64,000 nt of DNA from Granulicella sp. (GTDB lineage: Bacteria > Acidobacteriota > Terriglobia > Terriglobales > Acidobacteriaceae). Numbering within the stretch: position 1 is the first letter of the stretch; every line of letters starts with the position of its first letter. Positions 10,125 to 19,916 of the stretch are shown one piece after another. The translations under genes and the position numbers were made by a program. The notes under the pieces were generated by a model, which was given only the letters and a program-made list of their open reading frames with translations, was not told the origin of the DNA and did no database searches. The stretch spans positions 32,001 to 96,000 of the forward strand of contig DAHWNL010000015.1 of the NCBI GenBank assembly GCA_027339965.1. The letters run 5' to 3'.

Positions 10125-11537
10125 ATGACGATGGCGCTCTACAGCGTACTCCTGGCGCTGGCGCTGGTGCTCAGTTCGCCCTGGTGGCTGCTGCGCATGC
10201 TGACCACGGACCGCTACCGCCAGGGTCTGCGGGAGCGTCTTGGAGGAGTTCCCGCGCGCGTTCTGCACGAGATTCACGGCAGGCGCGTAGTGTGGGTTCA
10301 TGCCGTCAGCGTGGGTGAGGTACTGGCAGCCTCGAGATTGGTCCAGCAACTCGAATCTGCGCTGGATACCGGCGGCGACCGCGCGGCCGGCACGGCAAGG
10401 GTGGTGGTCTCCACCACCACGCGCACCGGGCAGGCTTTGGCCCGGCAGAGGTTCGGGGATAGCAGAGTCTTGTTCATGCCGCTGGACTTCGCTTTTGCGG
10501 TGCGGCCCTACCTGAGAGCGCTGCAGCCGGAGGCGCTGATTTTGATGGAGAACGAGCTGTGGCCGCGCCTGCTGCACGAGTGTGCGCTGCGCCAGACGCC
10601 GGTGGTGGTCGCCAATGCCCGCATGAGCGACCGATCATTTCGCCGCTCCACGCGCCGACTGCTGAAGCCGATATGGACGCGGGTGATGCGCCAGCCCAGG
10701 CTGTGGCTGGCGCAGAGCCAGGAGGATGCGCTGCGGCTGGCGAAAGTGGGGGTTGACGCCGCTTCCATCCAGGTGACGGGAAACATGAAGTACGACACTC
10801 TGGCGCCCCGGCAGAGCGCCATGGCAGACCGGGTGAGAAGGGTTGCTGCGGGAAGGCCCATTGTGATTGCGGGCAGCACGGTGGAGGGTTCCCCCGCAGA
10901 GGAGGAGCCGGTGATCCGGGCCTGGGCGGAGAGGGTCAAAGGACTGACGGGAGCCCTGCTCGTGCTTGCGCCGCGGCATCCGGAGCGGTTTGCATTGGTG
11001 GAGGCGATGCTGCGGCCTTATCGTTACGCCAAGGCGAGCGCGCTACAGCCCGAGGGTTCCAGCGCCACCCAAGCCAGGCCACAGGAGCAGGATGGCAGCA
11101 GCCGCCAGGCGAAGGCGGTAGTGCCGGAGACGCACGCGGAGGCGAATCCGTCCGACGGACTGGAGATCTTCTTGTTGGATACGATCGGCGATCTGGCGGC
11201 GGTCTATGCCGTAGCGGATGTGGCTTTTGTGGGGGGCAGCTTGGTGCGCAAGGGCGGACACAATCCCCTCGAGCCGGCTCAGTTTGGGGTTCCGGTGGTC
11301 ATGGGAGGTTCCTTTGAGAACTTCCGCGATGTGGTGGCCAAGATGCAGGAGGCGGACGCAATCCGCATCGTTCAGAACCAGGATCAGCTCGGGGCGGTTT
11401 TGGCCGAGTTGCTCACCGGCCGTCAGGAGGCGGCGAGGATCGGCGAGCGTGGACGGATGGTCTTTGCGCAGCAGCAAGGGGCCACGTTGCGCGCGGTCCA
11501 GGCGATTCTGCAGGCGATTGCGGAGGGTAGGTCATGA
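10125..11537 (+). CDS. waaA: Kdo transferase
   Basis: WVHAVSVGE, ENELWP, APRHPERF and GGHNPLEPA motifs. Confidence 0.95.
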   Translation: MTMALYSVLLALALVLSSPWWLLRMLTTDRYRQGLRERLGGVPARVLHEIHGRRVVWVHAVSVGEVLAASRLVQQLESALDTGGDRAAGTARVVVSTTTRTGQALARQRFGDSRVLFMPLDFAFAVRPYLRALQPEALILMENELWPRLLHECALRQTPVVVANARMSDRSFRRSTRRLLKPIWTRVMRQPRLWLAQSQEDALRLAKVGVDAASIQVTGNMKYDTLAPRQSAMADRVRRVAAGRPIVIAGSTVEGSPAEEEPVIRAWAERVKGLTGALLVLAPRHPERFALVEAMLRPYRYAKASALQPEGSSATQARPQEQDGSSRQAKAVVPETHAEANPSDGLEIFLLDTIGDLAAVYAVADVAFVGGSLVRKGGHNPLEPAQFGVPVVMGGSFENFRDVVAKMQEADAIRIVQNQDQLGAVLAELLTGRQEAARIGERGRMVFAQQQGATLRAVQAILQAIAEGRS

Positions 11538-12649
11538 CCGCGCGGCGTAGCTGGGCGCAGCCGCTGGTCCCTCTCTATCGCGGGGCCTTGTGGTGTAAAG
11601 ATCGTCTGCGCAGCGCCGGCTGGGTCCGCACGCGCCGGCTGCAGTGGCCGGTGGTGAGTGTGGGCAGCCTCTCCGCCGGCGGAGCCGGCAAGACGCCCGT
11701 GGTGATTGCGCTGGCCGGCCTGCTCCAGGAGGCCGGCTGGACAGTGAGCGTTCTCTCCCGAGGCTATGGGCGGAGTGGGCGCGGGGTCGAGAGGGTTTCT
11801 CCTGGGGCGCAGGATGCGGCGCGCCGCTTTGGCGACGAGCCGGTGTTGATCGCCGAACGGACCGGCCTTCCCGTCTGGGTGGGAGCGGACCGTTACGCCG
11901 CCGGGAAGCGAGCCGAGGCGGAGGCGGGAGAGCAACAGCGCGGCGTCCATCTGCTGGATGATGGCTTTCAGCATCTTCGGCTGGCGCGACAGGTGGACGT
12001 TGTGCTGTTGACCGGAGATGACCTGGAGGACGCGCTGCTACCCGCCGGGAACCTTCGCGAGGGGCTTGCAGCCCTGCAAAGGGCCGATGTGGTTGTGGTT
12101 CGACACGATGAATGGACTGCTGAGGGCCAAGGCGAGAACGAAGCTGCCGCACGCACCGGTCGGCTATCACTGGGCACGCGTGCCTGGGAGATGCTGCGTG
12201 AGCACGGCCATCTGTGGACGGTGCGGAGAAGCCTGCGCTTCCCCGCTCCCCTGAAGGTCTTCGGGGCTGGGTTGCGACCGGTCGCTTTTTGCGCCGTCGC
12301 CCGGCCCGAGGGCTTTGCCGCGATGCTGCAGGAGGCGGGTTGCGGAGTTGTGGAGACGGTTGCGTTTGCGGATCATCATGGCTACAGCGAGGCGGATATC
12401 CGCAGGGTGATTGAAGTCGCAAAGAGCCTGGAGGGTACCGGATTTGTCACCACGGAGAAAGATGCCGTTAAGCTGACCGAGAGGATGCGTGAAGAGTTGA
12501 TGCAATTCGGTCCGTTGATGGTGGTGGCGCTGGATGCGCAGTTCGACGACCCGAGAGCGGTGTTGCGTTCCTTGGAGGAGAAGCTCGAAGATGCCTGGAA
12601 CGGAGAGCGAAAGCCGGCAAGGCAAAGCGAACCGGAGCGGCCACGATGA
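11534..12649 (+). CDS. lpxK: Tetraacyldisaccharide 4'-kinase
   Basis: GGAGKTP, SRGYG, GDEP, LDDGFQH, LPAGNLRE and TTEKDAVK motifs. Confidence 0.95.
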   Translation: MTARRSWAQPLVPLYRGALWCKDRLRSAGWVRTRRLQWPVVSVGSLSAGGAGKTPVVIALAGLLQEAGWTVSVLSRGYGRSGRGVERVSPGAQDAARRFGDEPVLIAERTGLPVWVGADRYAAGKRAEAEAGEQQRGVHLLDDGFQHLRLARQVDVVLLTGDDLEDALLPAGNLREGLAALQRADVVVVRHDEWTAEGQGENEAAARTGRLSLGTRAWEMLREHGHLWTVRRSLRFPAPLKVFGAGLRPVAFCAVARPEGFAAMLQEAGCGVVETVAFADHHGYSEADIRRVIEVAKSLEGTGFVTTEKDAVKLTERMREELMQFGPLMVVALDAQFDDPRAVLRSLEEKLEDAWNGERKPARQSEPERPR

Positions 12650-13713
12650 GAGTCCTGGTGGTTCGCGTAGGCGCGATGGGCGATGTGCTGCACGCCCTGC
12701 CTGCCGTTGCTGCGCTGCGCAAAGAGAGACCGGATTGGGTGTTGGATTGGGTCGTCGATCCTCGCTGGTCGCCGTTACTGGTGAACACCCAGGGCGAGGC
12801 TCCGGTGGTCAATGGCGTCTGGCTGGCCGAGACCAAGCTGTGGTCCAAGCATCCGGCCTCGCTGACAACGCTCCGATCCATCCTGAATCTGCGCCGTGAA
12901 ACCCGGCGCGCGCGCTATGACCGGGTGGTGGATATGCAGGGAACCCTGCGTTCGGCAGTGATTGGATGGATGGCCGGGGCGCGAAAGTTCGCTGGCTACC
13001 GGGATCCCCGCGAGAGGCTGGCCGCCGGGTTCTACCAGCAACACGTGCAGCGCCATGGGCGCCACGTGGTCGAGCAGGGTGCGGCGCTGCTGGGCGAGGC
13101 CTGCGGCGTAGCGTTGGAGTTGGCGCCGGTGACTCTTCCCCATGAGGCATGGGCGGATCTCTGGGCGGCCGAGGTAGCAGGGGATGGGGTGAGCGAGCCA
13201 AGACGCCTGTGCGTGCTGGCTGCGGGAGGCGGGTGGAAGGCCAAACAGTGGCCGGCGGCGCGCTACGCAGAACTGGCTGTCCGGCTGCGTTCGATGGGTA
13301 TGGATGTGGTGGTCAACGCGGCCAGCCAGGATGATCCCGTAGCAGCCGAGGTGGTCGCCGCCGGCGCAGGAGCCGCGCGAGCCGTGGTCTGTGACGTGAC
13401 GGGACTGATCGCCTTGCTGCGCCGCGCCGTGCTGGTGATTGGTGGAGACTCCGGACCGGTGCATCTGGCCGCAGCCCTGGGCATTCCGTTGCTGGCCTTG
13501 TTTGGACCGACCGATCCGGAGAGAAATGGGCCTTGGGGGCCCGGGCGTAGGGTTGTGTTGCGCGATCCAGCCTCCTTGACCAGTTACAAGCACGTCGCTC
13601 ACCTGGATCCAGGGTTGGCAAACTTGTCTGTGAGCGCGGTGCTGGACGGCGCGCAGCGCCTGATAGAGGCCGCTGGGCCAACGGATCTTCCGGATGGGCG
13701 GAGTGGCCTTTAG
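12646..13713 (+). CDS. waaC: GT9 heptosyltransferase (WaaC-like)
   Basis: GAMGDVLH, DMQG and DSGPVHLAAA motifs; coupled to lpxK. Confidence 0.8.
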   Translation: MRVLVVRVGAMGDVLHALPAVAALRKERPDWVLDWVVDPRWSPLLVNTQGEAPVVNGVWLAETKLWSKHPASLTTLRSILNLRRETRRARYDRVVDMQGTLRSAVIGWMAGARKFAGYRDPRERLAAGFYQQHVQRHGRHVVEQGAALLGEACGVALELAPVTLPHEAWADLWAAEVAGDGVSEPRRLCVLAAGGGWKAKQWPAARYAELAVRLRSMGMDVVVNAASQDDPVAAEVVAAGAGAARAVVCDVTGLIALLRRAVLVIGGDSGPVHLAAALGIPLLALFGPTDPERNGPWGPGRRVVLRDPASLTSYKHVAHLDPGLANLSVSAVLDGAQRLIEAAGPTDLPDGRSGL

Positions 13714-13722
13714 AATGACGGG

Positions 13723-14313
13723 ATGGGAGCAACCGGCGAGACCCAAGCCACGGTGCGAACAGGTTGGCAGAGGGTGGCGCGCAGGTTGCGTGTGCCGCTG
13801 GGCTTTGCCGTGGCCGCAGTCTTTTTGATCTTCGCGCGGCCCAGCCGCCAGACGCTGGCCTGGAGTCTGCTATTGGTGATTCCCGGCCTGTGGCTGCGCA
13901 GCTATGCGGCTGGCTATGTCAAGAAGAACGCGGAGTTGACGCGCACCGGGCCCTACGCCTATACGCGCAACCCGCTCTATTTGGGCTCCATGAGCATCGC
14001 AGCCGGCTTTGCGGTAGCGGCGGGACGGTGGTGGCTGGGGCTGTTGCTGGCAGTGATGTTCCTGGCCATCTATCTGCCGGTGATTCTCTCTGAGGAAACT
14101 TATCTGCGGGGCGCATTTGCCTCCTTTGACGAGTATGCGCAGAAGGTCCCCCGGTTGCTGCCAAGGCTCACCCGGGCGCAATTTGTCGAAGTGGAGACGG
14201 AACAGGGCCGATTCTCGCCAGAACGTTACCGGCATCATCGCGAGTACAATGCCCTTATGGGCGCGGCCGCGATCTATGCTGCATTGACCGTGCGCATGCT
14301 GTTGCGACATTGA
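13723..14313 (+). CDS. Isoprenylcysteine carboxyl methyltransferase (ICMT/PEMT) family membrane protein
   Basis: LTRTGPYAYTRNPLYLG...EETYL...YAQKVPRLLP. Confidence 0.85.
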   Translation: MGATGETQATVRTGWQRVARRLRVPLGFAVAAVFLIFARPSRQTLAWSLLLVIPGLWLRSYAAGYVKKNAELTRTGPYAYTRNPLYLGSMSIAAGFAVAAGRWWLGLLLAVMFLAIYLPVILSEETYLRGAFASFDEYAQKVPRLLPRLTRAQFVEVETEQGRFSPERYRHHREYNALMGAAAIYAALTVRMLLRH

Positions 14314-14401
14314 ACCGCCGTTGTCAAAGCTCCAGGGAGATGATGATTTGACGGCCGCTTGGATGGCCCCTTGGCGGGTCTGGAGAGACTCGTTGGCGGG
14401 A

Positions 14402-15277
14402 ATGGGCGGGAGGTTGGTTCTCGTCAGGGTTCCCTGCCTGCTCGGCTGGCGCCCGGCAGCGGCGCTCTCAAGCGCGGCGACTGCAGCGCTAGGGATGCTG
14501 TTGCTTGGCTGGATGCTGCCCCGGCAAGCCAACGCACAGTTTTTTACCCGGCCGGAGCCCCCCGCAGCGCAGCGCCAGATTCCAGTGCTTCAGCCGCCTC
14601 CAACCACATTCACCTATCCAGAGCATGAGACCCTGACCTACAGCGTCGATTGGCGGGTTTTCAAAACCGGGCTAGCTGTCTTCCACCTGGATCAAACGGG
14701 AGGAGTGCTGAAGATCGCGGCGACTGCGGATACGATTGGAGCGGTGAATCTGCTGTTTCCCGTGGTGGATGGCTTTCAGTCCGGCTTCAACGTGAAGACG
14801 GGATGCTCAACGGGATTTGACAAGCAGACGCAGGAGGGCCGGCGCAAGATTGCCAGCGACCTGAGTTTTGATTATGCGAACGGCAAGCAGACCCTGAATG
14901 AGCGCAACCTGGTGAAGGGTACACAGAAGGTCCTGGTCACCAACATCCCCGCCTGTGTCACCGATTCTCTCTCGGCGATGTTCTATGTGCAGTCACAGAA
15001 CCTGGAGCCAGGACAGACGTTTTACTTCCCCCTGGCCGATGCGATGCGAACCGTAACCGTGGGCATGAAGGTGGAGGGCCGCGAGGAGATCACCACGCCG
15101 GCCGGAACCTTTGAGACCATCAAGGTGCAGCCGACGGCCGATGAAGGCGTGGTGAAGAACCGGGGCAGCATCTGGATCTGGTACACCGATGACGACCGGC
15201 GGCTGCCCGTACAGATGCAGGCGCAACTGTTCTGGGGCACCATCACCTTCCATCTGCAGTCAGTTGCCTCAAATTAG
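14402..15277 (+). CDS. DUF3108-like exported protein
   Basis: ETLTYSVDW...TPAGTF...IWYTDDDRRLPV pattern; start uncertain. Confidence 0.75.
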   Translation: MGGRLVLVRVPCLLGWRPAAALSSAATAALGMLLLGWMLPRQANAQFFTRPEPPAAQRQIPVLQPPPTTFTYPEHETLTYSVDWRVFKTGLAVFHLDQTGGVLKIAATADTIGAVNLLFPVVDGFQSGFNVKTGCSTGFDKQTQEGRRKIASDLSFDYANGKQTLNERNLVKGTQKVLVTNIPACVTDSLSAMFYVQSQNLEPGQTFYFPLADAMRTVTVGMKVEGREEITTPAGTFETIKVQPTADEGVVKNRGSIWIWYTDDDRRLPVQMQAQLFWGTITFHLQSVASN

Positions 15278-15401
15278 AAGCGCGCGGAGAATAGGGTGGT
15301 GCGAGGGACTCGCTGGGAAACATTCGTAGCTCCCATTGCGGAGCCAAGGGAGCTGGAGCCAGGGGCTGGAATCTGGGGCGCTTCAATGGAGGAGGTGAGC
15401 C

Positions 15402-15725
15402 ATGAACAACCAAGAGATCGGTAAAGAACCGGATGAGTTGGTAACGATCGCCGTATTTCCCGAGCCGTCAGAGGCGAACCTCGCGCGGTCCGAGTTGGAG
15501 GCAGTGGGGATTCCCGCATTTCTGCAGGGTGAGACGGCCAACAGCATGATTCCAGTGGCATTTGTCTCCCAGTTGCAGGTGTACGCGCGAGACGAAGTTG
15601 AGGCCCGCAAGCTCCTGGAGGCCATGGAGGAGGCTCCAGAGTCGATGGAGTCCGTGACTGCGGCGGAGATCGAGGCCGAGCAGGCCGCGGCCAAGCAAGA
15701 CACTCCAAAGGAGGAAAAGGGATGA
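15402..15725 (+). CDS. DUF2007-like small protein
   Basis: EANLARSELEAVGIPAFL...LQV; GGAGG SD. Confidence 0.75.
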   Translation: MNNQEIGKEPDELVTIAVFPEPSEANLARSELEAVGIPAFLQGETANSMIPVAFVSQLQVYARDEVEARKLLEAMEEAPESMESVTAAEIEAEQAAAKQDTPKEEKG

Positions 15726-16480
15726 GCCGGCCACGCGCCGTCGTCTGTCTCTCCGGCGGCATGGATTCCACGGTCTGCGCGACGCTGGCCGCGCGAGACT
15801 ATGACTGCTTTGCGCTGCACTTCAGCTACGGACAGCGCACCCAGACGAGAGAGCTGCGCGCCTCTCGCGAGGTGGCGCAGGCGATAGGGTTGCGGGATCT
15901 GATGGTGCTGGAAACGGATCTGTTTCGCCGCATCGGGGGGTCTGCCTTGACCGATACTCGAATTGCTGTGCCCAGCGCCGGAGTCGAAGGGGAAGGTTCG
16001 GTGGACAGCCGAGCAGGATCCAGAGAGCGCGCGGCCGAGGAGATTCCAGTCACATATGTTCCTTTTCGGAACGCCCACTTCCTGAGCGCCGCCGTAAGCT
16101 GGGCTGAGGTTTTAGGCGCTGCCAGCGTATTCATCGGAGCTGTGGAGCAGGACAGCTCCGGTTATCCCGATTGCCGGCCGGCCTACTACGAAGCTTTCAA
16201 CGATCTGATCCGGAGGGGCACCAAACAGGGTGAGATCCGCGTGGTGACGCCACTGATTCAGATGAGAAAGCATGAGATTGTGCGGCTAGGAGTTGAATTG
16301 GGCGCTCCGTTGCATGTAAGTTGGTCATGCTACGCAGGCGAAACGGAGGCGTGCGGAGTTTGCGAAAGCTGCGACCTGCGGTTACGGGCTTTCGCAGCAG
16401 CCGGCGCCGATGACCCGATCCCTTACGCAACAGGCGTGGTAACCGGTCGCATTGCAAATGGTGTAAGAAATGCCCGTTAG
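15722..16480 (+). CDS. queC: 7-cyano-7-deazaguanine synthase
   Basis: SGGMDS, TYVPFRN, GYPDCRP and SCY...CGVCESC motifs. Confidence 0.96.
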   Translation: MSRPRAVVCLSGGMDSTVCATLAARDYDCFALHFSYGQRTQTRELRASREVAQAIGLRDLMVLETDLFRRIGGSALTDTRIAVPSAGVEGEGSVDSRAGSRERAAEEIPVTYVPFRNAHFLSAAVSWAEVLGAASVFIGAVEQDSSGYPDCRPAYYEAFNDLIRRGTKQGEIRVVTPLIQMRKHEIVRLGVELGAPLHVSWSCYAGETEACGVCESCDLRLRAFAAAGADDPIPYATGVVTGRIANGVRNAR

Positions 16481-16518
16481 TCGATGCAGCGCATCGGACT
16501 GACCGTGAAAGAAGGACA

Positions 16519-17715
16519 ATGAGGATGATGAGAGCGAAGCGGAGTGCCTTTTTTGCCAGTCTGGCAGGTGTATTGGGTGTGGCGATCTTTGTGGCCACAC
16601 CCGTGTTGGCTCAGTCCGGGGCGACGGTGCATGGCCACGTGTCGAACCCCGCAGGGGAGAACTTTACCCCCGGCGAGGTGCAGTTCACCACGGACATGAC
16701 CGTCCCGTACAAGCAGGCCAAGATCAGCAACACGGCCCAGATTGATGCCAATGGAAACTACACGGCCACGGGTATCAAGCCTGGTCAGTACTTTGTCTAC
16801 GTTGTCCGGGGCAACATCGTTGCCGACCAATTGCAGTTGTCGATCACAGCATCACAGAAAGATGTGACGCTGGATGACGACATGTCGCGCGCTGCATACC
16901 TGAAGGCAATGACTCCGGAACAGCGCAAGCAACTGGAAGAGTACAAGAAGAAGAACGCTGCGGTTGCTTCCGCCAACAAAGTGATTGCCAAGCTCAACAA
17001 GACGCTGGTCTCGGTGCGGGCAGACCTGAAGGCTGCCGCCCCCAACCAAGGTGATGTCAGCAAGGATGTGGATGAGATGAAGCAGGCGGTCGCCGTGAAG
17101 CCGGACGTGGGTCTGCTGTGGCTGACCTACGGCGATACGCTGATGGCGCAGGGACGGCATCTGAGCGCGGCGGACAAGAACGCGGGCAAGTCTCCGGCGG
17201 CTGATCCCGCCGTGACGCAGAATTTCAGCTCCGCCGTGGACGCCTACAACAAAGCAATTACCCTGGAGAAGGCGGCGACCAAACCCAACCCTGCAGCATT
17301 GGGAGCGGACTATAACCAACTCGGCAACGCAATGATTGCCTCGGGCAAGAGCAGTGACGCCATACCCGACTTTGAAAGCGCGGCCGCAGCTGATCCAACC
17401 AATGCGGGCATGTACTACAAGAACGAGGCCGCCGTGATGTACAACGCCGGAAACATGGATGGAGCGCTGGCTGCCGCCAACAAGGCGATCGCCGCGAGTC
17501 CAAACGATCCCTTGCCTTACTTCATCAAAGGTCAAGCCCTGGTGACCAAGGTGACGGTCGATCCAAAGACAAACAAGATGACTCCGCCTCCCGGGTGCAT
17601 TGAGGCCTACCAGAAGTTTCTGCAGTTGGCGCCCAACGATCCCAAGGTGCCTCAGGTGCAAGCGGTCTTGCAGAGCCTGGGTCAGTCGATCAGCAAATCC
17701 TACCGGGCGCACTAA
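16519..17715 (+). CDS. Exported protein with a carboxypeptidase-regulatory-like domain and TPRs
   Basis: Signal peptide, beta-sandwich N-domain, TPR-like helices (YNQLGNA, YQKFLQLAPND). Confidence 0.75.
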   Translation: MRMMRAKRSAFFASLAGVLGVAIFVATPVLAQSGATVHGHVSNPAGENFTPGEVQFTTDMTVPYKQAKISNTAQIDANGNYTATGIKPGQYFVYVVRGNIVADQLQLSITASQKDVTLDDDMSRAAYLKAMTPEQRKQLEEYKKKNAAVASANKVIAKLNKTLVSVRADLKAAAPNQGDVSKDVDEMKQAVAVKPDVGLLWLTYGDTLMAQGRHLSAADKNAGKSPAADPAVTQNFSSAVDAYNKAITLEKAATKPNPAALGADYNQLGNAMIASGKSSDAIPDFESAAAADPTNAGMYYKNEAAVMYNAGNMDGALAAANKAIAASPNDPLPYFIKGQALVTKVTVDPKTNKMTPPPGCIEAYQKFLQLAPNDPKVPQVQAVLQSLGQSISKSYRAH

Positions 17716-17885
17716 GGATCGGAACGTCTACCAAGTGGATCGCCGCAGAGCATGAAGTGGAGATGGACTGTGCAGCGATCCAGCGTGGAGCGTGCCGATC
17801 GCACGCAGGAAGGTTCTCAACCTGGCGGTCGCCCCGGTCAGCAGCTTCTGGCCGGGGCGCTGTCGTCTTGGGGAGGAAAAGTGAT

Positions 17886-19172
17886 TTGGAGAAACTTCCG
17901 GGAATAGATCGGATTCTACCCTTCGAGGAGGCGTTGGCAGTAGTGCTCCGGCACGCGCAGGCCTTGCCGCACCCCCAGGCAGTGGAGGCGCTGGCGCTGA
18001 GCCGCGCTCGAGGGCGGGTGCTGGCTCGAGCCGTTGTTGCGGACCGGGATCAGCCGCCGTTTGACCGCGCGACCAGGGATGGATATGCGGTGCGGGCTGC
18101 GGATCTGGCAGAGACGACATCAGGAGAGCTGCGCGTCGTGGGGTCGCTTCGAGCCGGCGAGACTTGGAAGGGCGCTCCGCTGCGGACCGGCGAGGCCATC
18201 GAGATCATGACCGGAGCAGGACTGCCGGAAGGAGCCGACGCCGTTGTGATGGTGGAGGATACGGCCTGGGGAAACGGTGGCTTGCGCTGGCAACGCGCCC
18301 TGCGAATGGGAGACAACGTGGTGCCAAGGGGCGCGGAGACCAGGGCCGGCTCCGTGGTGCTGGCGCAGGGCAGTCTGCTCGGTGGAGCGGAGATCGGCCT
18401 GGCCGCCAGTTGCGGGCAGGCGAAGCTTGAGGTGTTTGCCCAGCCGAGAGCCGCCATTGCCGCTACCGGCGACGAACTGGTGGAGTTGGATGAGCCCATG
18501 GAGGGTGCGCAGATACGCAACTCCAACAGCTATGCGCTGGCGGCGCTGGTGGAGGCCTCCGGGGGCGTCGCCGAACGGCTGGCCACGGCGCGAGACTGCG
18601 TGGAAGATCTGCACGCCCGGGTCGTCGAGGGCTGCAAGGCCGACCTGCTGCTATTCACCGGCGGCGTCTCGATGGGCAAGTATGATCTGGTGGAGCAGGT
18701 ACTGGAGAGTTGTGGAGCGGAGTTTTTCTTTACCGGCGCTCTGATTCAGCCAGGCAAGCCGATCGTCTTTGGACGGTTGCCCAAGCTGGGCGGGCTGCAG
18801 CGGGGGGAGTGGACGTACTTCTTCGGATTGCCGGGAAATCCAGTGTCGGCGCAGGTTTGTTTTCACCTGTTCGTCGCTCCTATGCTGCGCGCCCTGTGCG
18901 GACGAAAGGAGGTTGCGCCCCTGTTTGTGGAGGCTCGGCTGGTAGAGGCCGTGCAAGGAGGCTCTCGCGTGACGCGGTTTCTTCCTGCCCGGTTGAGTGG
19001 GGCCTGGGATGGAGCCAGAGTGCAGTTGGTGGGTTGGCAGGGTTCGGGAGACGTTGTGGCCAACGCGCGCGGAAACGGCTACGCTGTGCTGCCCGCGGGG
19101 CTACCTGCGAGGGTGACTGCCGGAATAGACGGGTTCGCCGCCGGTGAGACAGTGCGTGTGCTGCTGCGTTAG
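17886..19172 (+). CDS. moeA: Molybdopterin molybdotransferase
   Basis: PPFDRATRDGYA, IMTGA, TGDEL, NSNS, TGGVSMG and GLPGNPVS motifs; TTG start after GGAGG. Confidence 0.93.
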   Translation: MEKLPGIDRILPFEEALAVVLRHAQALPHPQAVEALALSRARGRVLARAVVADRDQPPFDRATRDGYAVRAADLAETTSGELRVVGSLRAGETWKGAPLRTGEAIEIMTGAGLPEGADAVVMVEDTAWGNGGLRWQRALRMGDNVVPRGAETRAGSVVLAQGSLLGGAEIGLAASCGQAKLEVFAQPRAAIAATGDELVELDEPMEGAQIRNSNSYALAALVEASGGVAERLATARDCVEDLHARVVEGCKADLLLFTGGVSMGKYDLVEQVLESCGAEFFFTGALIQPGKPIVFGRLPKLGGLQRGEWTYFFGLPGNPVSAQVCFHLFVAPMLRALCGRKEVAPLFVEARLVEAVQGGSRVTRFLPARLSGAWDGARVQLVGWQGSGDVVANARGNGYAVLPAGLPARVTAGIDGFAAGETVRVLLR

Positions 19173-19335
19173 AGATTTTTCCACGCAGGGTCTCTCCCGG
19201 CGCTACGGCTTTCAGTGGCCCTCTCTTCAAGATTCGGGTCTCCGGAACGCTTGCCTGTCGAGTTGGAATGAAGACTCTGCGACAAGCCCGCCTCGGAAAA
19301 ACCATTTGCACCGGAAAAACGATAGGATGGCCGCT

Positions 19336-19815
19336 ATGAGCGAAAAATTGTCGCACTTCGATGAGGCCGGGCAGGCGCGCATGGTGGATGTGGGCTCCAA
19401 GCCGCCCACCCGCCGGGAGGCCATCGCCAGGGCGTTTGTCGAGCTGAAGGAAGAGGTTCTGGCAGCGCTGCCGCAAAATCCGAAGGGAGACCCGTTGCAG
19501 GTGGCTCGTTTTGCCGGAATCCAGGCGGCCAAGCGGACCAGCGAGTTGATTCCGATGTGCCATCCGCTGGCGCTGAGCTTCGTGAACGTCGAGGCCGGGG
19601 TGGTTGCCGGTGGGGTGGAGATTCGGGCAACGGCGGCGACAGTGGCCGGCACCGGGGTGGAGATGGAAGCCATGACGGCGGCTGCAGTGGCGGCGCTTAC
19701 GGTCTATGACATGACCAAAGCTCTGGATAAGGGCATTCGGATTCGGGAGGTGGCGTTGGTCGCCAAGAGCGGCGGCAAGAGCGGCGGCAAGAGCGGGGAT
19801 TACCGGCGACCGTGA
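19336..19815 (+). CDS. moaC: Cyclic pyranopterin monophosphate synthase
   Basis: LSHFD...MVDV, LIPMCHP, TGVEMEA and YDMTKA motifs. Confidence 0.96.
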   Translation: MSEKLSHFDEAGQARMVDVGSKPPTRREAIARAFVELKEEVLAALPQNPKGDPLQVARFAGIQAAKRTSELIPMCHPLALSFVNVEAGVVAGGVEIRATAATVAGTGVEMEAMTAAAVAALTVYDMTKALDKGIRIREVALVAKSGGKSGGKSGDYRRP

Positions 19816-19916
19816 TCCTGCCGCGCGAGCCATGGCGCAGGCCTATTGTGCCGCAGCCATTCCGTCGCCAGGTTCTGAAAGCCCGGAAAGGGATGACGGC
19901 TGAGACCCTTCCGCAT

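Noticed and set aside
8265..10577. 770-aa minus-strand ORF and other long antisense ORFs (e.g. 47757-49484, 24178-25578)
   Set aside because: Shadow frames of well-supported genes in high-GC DNA, with no recognisable motifs
15722..16480. QueC-like defence or DNA-modification gene (QatC/Dpd)
   Set aside because: Canonical length and motifs in a housekeeping context
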